Assembly: GCF_028641065.1 (NCBI RefSeq) | Contig: NC_073389.1 | Location: 29,822,001-29,886,000 of the forward strand | Length of the DNA: 64,000 bases | Source of the DNA: Leucoraja erinacea | Lineage: Eukaryota | Direction of reading: 5' to 3' | Shown: piece after piece, positions 60,601 through 64,000 of the stretch | Layout: each line of letters opens with the position of its first letter | Position numbering within the stretch: the first letter of the stretch is position 1 | Position numbers and translations under genes: made by a program | Notes under the pieces: generated by a model | The model's input: the letters and a program-made list of their open reading frames with translations, nothing else | Database searches by the model: none | Told to the model about the DNA's origin: nothing

Positions 60601-62961
60601 TAGCTTCTTATCTCACACTATTGCAGGGTATAAGACTCATTTAAAAAAAAACAGAGTCAGACCCTCCAGCCCACCATGTCCATGCGGACCATTAAGTACC
60701 AATCTGTGTTAATCCTATTTATCAGCATTTAGTCCACAGCCTACTATGCCTGGGTGATTCAAGTACAGGTTAAATACTGTGAGAATACCTGCCATGACCA
60801 TGTTCTCAGGCAGTACATTCCGGGTTGCAACTGGGTGAAAAAATTAATCCACAGATCCATTCCAGCCTTTTATTCTTTACATTTAACGTACGTTCTCCCC
60901 CAATTTAAATTAATTTACTCTGGAAGGGAAAGAGCTTTTATTTGTTGTATAAATGCATTTATTAATGTCAGTGTATTTTGTGATTAAAAGCCATGCCATT
61001 CAACTGGTTTTTAATATTTTCTTACAGAGTAGTGTCTTTTTTTGTTCCACTGTATATTATGTCTTGAGGGCCCAGGTTTTAAAAGCCATACCTATCATTA
61101 TCTAAAATATGCTTCTTTGTTTATTCCAGTGGTGAGACACCAAAAATCAACCCTTCAGCAAAGTTCTCCAGTTACCAGGTGAGCAAGAAGAATGTGAATG
61201 GTGGAATAAAATTCAAAATGAATGAGCATTTGGACTATTACTGCATAAACAATCTGTGAATGAGTGGATACTCAAAATCAGTGTGCACGTCCTTTTGCCA
61301 GTCATAAACTTATCTGTACCTGTATGTACCTGTACAGTGATTGGAGTGCTACAGCTGTTTCCATTAGTTGACCCAGGTTAAAGAATGAAGTTTACCCAGA
61401 GTATGTGCTGCTACTTACTGTCAGGCATTGCACCTAGAAAAAAATAAATGTGGTGTAGTTGAAATGCTTACACAGGCAGCACAGTGGCGCAGCTGGTAGT
61501 TACATCCTGACCTTGGATGCCATCTGTGAAATTTGCATGTTCTTCGTGTGACTGTGTGGGTTTCCTCCTGCTGCGCCATTTTCCTCCCACATCCCAAAGA
61601 TGTACAGGTTAATTGCCCTCTGTACATTGCTCCAATTGTGTCGTGAATGGTAGAGAAAGTAAGATAATATAGAATTAGTGTGAATGGGGATTGATGATCG
61701 GCGTAGACTCAGTGAGCCAAATGTCCTGTGTCCATGCTGTAAAAAATACAGGGTCATCAATTGAAAAATTAACCCAATTTAGGGTGGCCACAGACCCAGG
61801 TTTAGTCATGACTTTGGTGCTGTCTGTGCAGAGTTTGCATGTTCTCACTGTGACCATGTGGGTTTCCTCCCACATCTCAAAGATGTGTGGGTTTGTACGT
61901 TAATTGGCCTCTGCAAAATGTCCCTCGTGTGAATGGGTGATCAAAGGTTGGCATGGAATCAGTGAGCTTAAGGGCCTGTTTCTATGCTGTATCTTTCAAT
62001 TAATCAATTGAATTGCCTGTTCAAGTCATTTTGATCACTGGTTTTAAAGTGGCTTAGACCAGCGGTCAGCAATCTGCGGCCCATGGGCCGAACGCGGCCC
62101 ATAACCTAAAATCATCCGGCCCGCAGGCGTATTCTTTTTCCCGTAATCATCCGGCCCACAGACTTCCATCATCTTCGATACCTGGAAGATGATTTTCAGA
62201 CCGAGGAAACATGCTGCCCATCGTCCTGCGTGAGGCCGGGCTCCTCCTCTCAGTCGGCCCGAGGCCGCGGAGCCCAGGCACGGTGACACAAGGAGACCTG
62301 TGCAGGCGGCCACAATGGCAGAGCCACTGAGCGCGGCTGAGCGCCGATGAACGCCGAGCTCTGACTGTATCGCATCCTGTGCAAAGCCGCCGGCACGACC
62401 ACGCACCTTCTGTGTGGGCATCACTGTCGGGATCGGGAGTGAGTATGAACCACCGCCTTCAGGACAGAGCCAAGGCAATGGTCTGTAGGTGCGCCATGTT
62501 CGTGAGCGCCCGTAACTAGGGACCAGTGCTCCGGGTGGCGTCCTCAAAGGGGCGGGATCTATGTGAACACATGATAGATGTGGCCCGCCATCCGCTCACA
62601 GACATGCGTCCTAGCCCCTATGCAGAACAAGGTTGCCGACCCCTGGCTTAGAGGATTAGATTTTGACGCTTGCTTGCACAGATACTTGGGAATAGAAGAT
62701 ATTGGGAGTTTTAATTGCTGGTTTAGTAAAGATGTAGCACATGATGAAAGTGACAATGTGTTCAAACAATACTTTATATTTCACTTCTTGTCATTAACAT
62801 TTTAATCTAAATACTGTCGGCTATGTAATGTGAGGGAGTTATCTCCAGCGTCAGTAAAAACAATGTAATTCTCATTTATTTCTCATGCTTAAGCACCTTT
62901 CTTCTGTTCTTATTTTTAGGATCTTGCCTCGTTTTGTGTAGATGAGGATTCTCCATCTGAG
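9469..62961 (+). CDS. LRCH1: LRCH-family gene, most likely LRCH1; partial (13 internal exons; first exon and CH-domain exons outside the window)
   Basis: Exons with AG acceptors and GT donors (one GC donor) join in a consistent reading frame. The peptide has LRR repeats, [40 protein letters not shown] and LRIEED, matching recalled vertebrate LRCH1. Residues CHF, RNQLS, RRNYL and KTA-x-x-LY favour LRCH1 over LRCH2/3/4. Confidence 0.8.
12145..13855 (+). mobile_element. CR1 LINE ORF1 (SGNH-esterase type) plus start of ORF2 endonuclease, interrupted by Rex1
   Basis: ORF 12220..12639 ([13 protein letters not shown]...LHLIWRG...GRF...LN*) is typical CR1 ORF1. The APE segment [20 protein letters not shown] resumes at about 13593, after the Rex1 insert. 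Confidence 0.75.
12815..13592 (-). mobile_element. Rex1/Babar-clade non-LTR retrotransposon, 3' part
   Basis: ORF 13028..13483 (FKFLG...[13 protein letters not shown]...ESILT...[10 protein letters not shown]); 3' end AATAAACTT(ATTC)n. Confidence 0.85.
14498..14624 (+). CDS. LRCH1: LRCH1 LRR exon: [42 protein letters not shown]
   Basis: cttccag|T CGA AAT...GAA CTG|gtatgt; 127 bp, phase 2 to 0. Confidence 0.95.
16279..18682. mobile_element. Tc2/pogo-like non-autonomous DNA transposon with 25 bp TIRs and a nested Rex1
   Basis: Left end TA-CAGTAATTCCCGGCAATGAAGACGC (16279-16303); right end 18658-18682, reverse complement CCGTATTTCCCGGCAATGAAGACGC (23/25 match); CpG-rich interior. Confidence 0.85.
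17095..18298 (-). mobile_element. Rex1/Babar-clade retrotransposon RT fragment, frameshifted
   Basis: ORFs 18121..18384, 17921..18118 ([25 protein letters not shown]) and 17531..17875. Confidence 0.88.
19002..19228 (+). mobile_element. CR1 LINE 3' end, same young family as 938-1581
   Basis: Near-identical to the reverse complement of about 940-1160; (TTCTATGT)n tail. Confidence 0.9.
20265..21210 (+). mobile_element. Old SINE (DeuSINE/SacSINE1-like) interrupted by a CR1
   Basis: gtcctgatcaacattgatgcctcaatcaacac before the CR1 and a degenerate tail after it resemble recalled SacSINE1; a similar tail lies at about 58695-58830. Confidence 0.4.
20635..21040 (-). mobile_element. CR1 LINE 3' fragment with internal deletion
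   Basis: ORF 20724..20990 (GHSLRLRG...FFTQRVVNL); (ACAATAG)n tail on the + strand. Confidence 0.85.
22105..22430 (+). mobile_element. tRNA-derived V-SINE (HE1-like)
   Basis: Head ggctgcgcaatgcgcag...ccaggttcagtcct, core gtgtggaatttgcatgttctcc...gtgtgggt...ggtttcc, CR1-like tail gggccgaagggcct...ctaaactaaac. Confidence 0.8.
22689..22794 (+). CDS. LRCH1: LRCH1 LRR exon: [35 protein letters not shown](E)
   Basis: attcag|GAC GTG...GAG G|gtgaag; 106 bp, phase 0 to 1; visible inside ORF 22485..22853. Confidence 0.95.
22894..23030 (+). CDS. LRCH1: LRCH1 LRR exon: [45 protein letters not shown]
   Basis: ctcctgcag|AG CTG...GCA CAG|gtcagt; 137 bp, phase 1 to 0; follows a 99 bp intron. Confidence 0.95.
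23278..23550 (+). mobile_element. V-SINE (HE1-like)
   Basis: gtggcacagcagtggagttgctgccttacagtgcc...gttcctgtttcctcccacatcc; a reverse-strand partial copy lies at about 23850-24010. Confidence 0.8.
24030..25240 (+). mobile_element. Penelope-like retroelement: RT fragment, Cys-rich linker, GIY-YIG endonuclease and 3' end; degraded
   Basis: [52 protein letters not shown]; hammerhead-like remnant at about 25195-25230. Confidence 0.85.
25245..25670 (+). mobile_element. Second Penelope-like fragment (RT C-terminal part) plus a hammerhead-bearing 3' end
   Basis: [17 protein letters not shown]...CKD.I..SQFL in ORF 24986..25567; ctgaagaaaggtcctgatctaaaacattacc at about 25551. Confidence 0.7.
26845..27120 (-). 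mobile_element. CR1 3' fragment nested in an older + strand CR1 (about 26620-27310)
   Basis: tagaaacatagaaaatagatgcaggagtag tail; flanking sequence encodes CR1-like [15 protein letters not shown] and continues after 27125. Confidence 0.75.
28485..29673 (-). mobile_element. Tc1-family DNA transposon, internally deleted, with TA TSD
   Basis: TIRs TA-CATCCGTGTGCAAATTAATTGAAT and ATTCAATTAATATTGCACAGGGATG-TA; minus-strand remnant [21 protein letters not shown] (about 29260-29322) and ...IDSMP...KNRGGHT. Confidence 0.88.
28522..29019 (+). mobile_element. Penelope-like element 3' part (GIY-YIG plus hammerhead motif) inserted in the Tc1, 11 bp TSD
   Basis: ORF 28503..29024 [19 protein letters not shown]...VAQHFN; CTGAAGA...GAAACGTC at 28894-28921; ACTAGGATATA at 28511-28521 and 29020-29030. 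Confidence 0.9.
30785..31700 (+). mobile_element. Degraded CR1 LINE 3' region with nested short Penelope-derived insert (31240-31375)
   Basis: [17 protein letters not shown] in ORF 30633..31025; CR1 tail at about 31620-31695; insert begins gtctgaagaagggtctcgacctgaaacatcacc. Confidence 0.8.
32335..32428 (+). mobile_element. Short Penelope-derived insert with a well-preserved hammerhead-like motif and 13 bp TSD
   Basis: GTCTGAAGAAGGGTTTCGGTCCGAAACGTTG; GATCGAAAATATG at 32314-32326 and GATCGGAAATATG at 32429-32441. Confidence 0.8.
34555..34803 (-). mobile_element. Penelope-derived 3' fragment inserted in the hAT element
   Basis: gcgacattttgggtcgagacccttcttcagactgatg (reverse hammerhead motif) and agaagtcaatgttgatacgctggagtgtaaactacccaag. 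Confidence 0.8.
34810..36048 (+). pseudogene. Disrupted hAT transposase
   Basis: ORFs 34904..35347 and 35349..35804, plus flanking frames [27 protein letters not shown] and [13 protein letters not shown]. Confidence 0.85.
36616..36746 (+). CDS. LRCH1: LRCH1 exon: [43 protein letters not shown](S)
   Basis: tttgttag|ATC TGC...GGG AG|gtacgt; 131 bp, phase 0 to 2; [10 protein letters not shown] is an LRCH signature. Confidence 0.93.
37517..38933 (-). mobile_element. Young Rex1/Babar retrotransposon running into an assembly gap
   Basis: 325 aa ORF 37881..38858 with RT motifs ([35 protein letters not shown]); 3' tail AATAAGCTT(GACTT)n. Confidence 0.92.
38934..39454. other. Assembly gap (N run)
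   Basis: Continuous N bases. Confidence 1.
40846..40971 (+). mobile_element. Short Penelope-derived insert with 14 bp TSD inside an old CR1
   Basis: gaagaagggtttcggcccgaaacattg...gcagttccttcttga; ACAGACCTGCAGAT at 40832-40845 and 40972-40985. Confidence 0.85.
41800..42355 (-). mobile_element. Penelope-like 3' fragment, degraded
   Basis: aaaatgctggagtaactc...cgacatttcgggtcaggacccttc and ttggaaaattcaatgttcat...ggcaatggagg mirror 28522-29019. Confidence 0.7.
43033..43120 (+). CDS. LRCH1: LRCH1 exon: [29 protein letters not shown]
   Basis: ttttaaag|C ATT...ACT GAA|gtgagt; 88 bp, phase 2 to 0; DSG-x-GSDNG-x-KRLS motif. Confidence 0.92.
43465..44530 (+). mobile_element. Degraded, internally deleted CR1 LINE
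   Basis: [39 protein letters not shown] remnants. Confidence 0.75.
46475..46815 (-). mobile_element. V-SINE (HE1-like), degraded
   Basis: acatctttggaatgtaggacaaaactgcagcacc...tgtgaggcagcagctccac is the reverse complement of the SINE core and head. Confidence 0.65.
46923..47028 (+). CDS. LRCH1: LRCH1 exon: [35 protein letters not shown]
   Basis: ccttcag|CCT TCA GAT GAA GAC...AAA G|gtaaat; 106 bp, phase 0 to 1; PSDEDT-x-SL motif. Confidence 0.9.
47768..48565 (-). mobile_element. Young CR1 LINE 3' part, same family as 938-1581
   Basis: ORF 47866..48531 is nearly identical to 1025..1528 over the shared region; tagaaacatagaaacatagaaa tail. Confidence 0.92.
48590..52000 (-). mobile_element. Old RTE-clade LINE remnant split by the 3 kb CR1 (pieces at about 48590-48822 and 51826-52000)
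   Basis: Minus strand reads like RL.WAGHIV.(M)PD.R..KQ......G.R..G.QR.RFKD.LK, an RTE RT C-terminal pattern; GTTTG flanks the CR1 on both sides. Confidence 0.5.
48823..51825 (-). mobile_element. About 3 kb CR1 LINE: end of ORF1, APE endonuclease, RT and 3' tail; deleted and frameshifted
   Basis: ORF1 end [22 protein letters not shown] (about 51757-51825); [15 protein letters not shown]; VIGDFN; SPGPDG; NYRPVS; [14 protein letters not shown]; LDFQKAF; SGVPQ; [12 protein letters not shown]. Confidence 0.93.
52080..52400 (-). mobile_element. Penelope-derived 3' fragment
   Basis: gcagatgctggtttaaaccgaagatagacacaaaaactggagtaa...gagacccttctcag. Confidence 0.7.
52895..53192. mobile_element. Solo end of an IR/DR-type Tc1 transposon
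   Basis: Ends TGTCCCGAACATTATGGAGGGCACTG followed by TA; an inner repeat TGTCCTAAACATTATGGTGCCCTG lies about 200 bp inside (about 52970). Confidence 0.7.
53614..53699 (+). CDS. LRCH1: LRCH1 exon with GC donor: (V)[28 protein letters not shown]
   Basis: Strong pyrimidine tract ttttttccttttag|TG CAA...ATG AAG|gcaagt; 86 bp, phase 1 to 0; DGLSSDF..YMK resembles recalled LRCH1 DGLHSEFMNYK. Confidence 0.8.
54308..54382. repeat. 34 bp perfect tandem duplication inside a CR1 remnant (about 54090-54480, minus strand)
   Basis: ctcctgaatattatctgccacatctatcacttgc occurs twice, followed by ctcctga. Confidence 0.9.
55038..55099 (+). CDS. LRCH1: LRCH1 exon: [20 protein letters not shown](M)
   Basis: tttacacag|GGA CGG...CAA AT|gtttgt; 62 bp, phase 0 to 2; LRIEED..W motif; the donor is weak, so the 3' boundary is less certain. 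Confidence 0.82.
55420..55690 (+). mobile_element. V-SINE (HE1-like), degraded
   Basis: gcacagtggtgcagctagtaatgccactagctcacag...gtgaagtttacatgttatccc...gtgggtttcctcc. Confidence 0.7.
55962..56048 (+). CDS. LRCH1: LRCH1 exon: [28 protein letters not shown](R)
   Basis: ctgttgcag|G CCA...CAG AG|gtaatt; 87 bp, phase 2 to 2; open and in frame, but low protein similarity. Confidence 0.7.
58352..58650 (+). mobile_element. CR1 3' end (second subfamily; other copies at about 10120-10450 minus, 29730-29930 and 59690-59980)
   Basis: agaaccagaggacataagttcaaggtgagg...gggccgaagggactgtttccatgttgtatga. Confidence 0.8.
58895..58990 (+). CDS. LRCH1: LRCH1 exon: [31 protein letters not shown](N)
   Basis: ctctccttgctccag|G TTG...ATA AA|gtatgt; 96 bp, phase 2 to 2; resembles recalled LRCH1 LNLYPM...LELQDSALN. 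Confidence 0.82.
61130..61178 (+). CDS. LRCH1: LRCH1 exon: [16 protein letters not shown]
   Basis: ttattccag|T GGT GAG...TAC CAG|gtgagc; 49 bp, phase 2 to 0; strong splice sites. Confidence 0.72.
61475..62010 (+). mobile_element. Two tandem V-SINE (HE1-like) copies (about 61475-61745 and 61780-62010)
   Basis: ggcagcacagtggcgcagctggtag head; gcatgttctc..gtgac..tgtgggtttcctcc core occurs twice; agggcctgtttctatgctgtatc tail. Confidence 0.75.
62060..62645. mobile_element. hAT (Charlie/Buster-type) non-autonomous element
   Basis: TIRs CAGCGGTCAGCAA and TTGCCGACCCCTG (reverse complement CAGGGGTCGGCAA); TSD GCTTAGAC (62052-62059) / GCTTAGAG (62646-62653), of NNNTANNN type; GCGGCCC subterminal repeats. 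Confidence 0.85.
62920..62961 (+). CDS. LRCH1: LRCH1 exon: [14 protein letters not shown]
   Basis: cttatttttag|GAT CTT...TCT GAG|gtcatt; 42 bp, phase 0 to 0; ends SPSE, like recalled LRCH1 SPNE. Confidence 0.65.
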
Positions 62962-64000
62962 GTCATTCATTCTATTTCATCTTACATAACCTCTAACTCA
63001 ACCATGTATCCATCTGCTTGTCTATATCATTGACTCTTACTGAAGGAAAATATTTGGAAGTAGTTAGTTGTGCGAAATTTTCTGAATTGTATCATTTGCA
63101 AGTCAAAAGTCTACAAAGTAAAACAATGTTCATCACTAATGAAAACTGCGTTCAACACAGTTTAATGAGATTACAAATTCAGTGGAAACATTTGCAGCAT
63201 TAAAGGAACCATTTACATGCAAATGAAAAAGACAGCATAATGTTTACCTTTTCTTTAAGACAATTGTAGACACCATTTTTTGGTAAAGAACAGGGCGACG
63301 CAGTTTAAGCTTAGTCTATAATTGATCTTTAGAGAAAAGGCTCTTTTGAAAAATAGTGTTGTGCAAAGGGGAATGGGGTTAAAGTTTGTGTTGATAAAGC
63401 TACCATCACACACACAACAGCTTCATGACCTATTTCTGTGCTGTGACACTATTATGATTCTGAACCTAAAAGCCCTTCAGACATCACGGACTGACATTGA
63501 ATTGAGAATGCCTTAGCATTCAATATATTTGACTTAGTTTTAAAAGGCAAACAAATCTTTGGGGCATTTATATTATATATATCAAAAATAATTTTATGGC
63601 TCTGTAAAATATAAACTATAGTCTGTTACCACTACATGTTTTAAAAGGGAGCACTTAAAGTCGAGGAGTGGGTTAGCCGCTGTGAAACATGACACAGCAA
63701 TGAACTGATTTGTCAGTAAATTATTGTGTTTGGTTCAAAGCACTTAGTTGAAATCTGTGAAACAATAGAATCATATGGTTCTGAAAGAAAAAGGACTGGC
63801 ACTGCCACCAGTCCATAATATTTTTTAATTTAGTATTATCATACCAACCTTGTCAACATTCTGCCTAGAGTGAGGTCAGATCAGGCCAACAAGTTTACAT
63901 CCACGATTTATATTTGAAATAGACAATATAATCACATGACACGGCAGGGAATGGTTATGTAGATCATGTGTAGCCAAATGTGTAGTTTAGATTGCCATCA

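Noticed and set aside
62044-62547. 167 aa minus-strand GC-rich ORF
   Set aside because: It lies inside a TIR/TSD-bounded hAT MITE, has no recognisable domain, and stop codons are rare in GC-rich DNA.

Overview
This is eukaryotic, repeat-rich genomic DNA, not prokaryotic, so most entries in the ORF track are spurious or retroelement remnants. The repeat set (CR1/HER1-type LINEs, V-SINE/HE1-type SINEs, Rex1/Babar, Penelope-like elements) points to a cartilaginous fish, probably a skate or ray (inference). The whole window lies inside one + strand multi-exon gene of the LRCH family (leucine-rich repeat and calponin-homology protein), best matching LRCH1. I can place 13 internal coding exons between 9469 and 62961 that splice in frame: (D)[420 protein letters not shown]. 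The first exon and the CH-domain exons lie outside the window. The introns hold nested transposons. The most interesting observations are: (1) many short Penelope-derived inserts that start at a minimal hammerhead-ribozyme motif and carry 11-23 bp target-site duplications; (2) a TSD-flanked hAT element whose decayed transposase resembles CGGBP1; (3) a Tc2/pogo-like element flanked by a ~160 bp direct duplication; (4) a GC-AG intron and a candidate 18-nt microexon in LRCH1. There is an assembly gap at 38934-39454. No searches were run: family names come from motif recognition and recalled sequences, and repeat boundaries are approximate unless a TSD or TIR is quoted.
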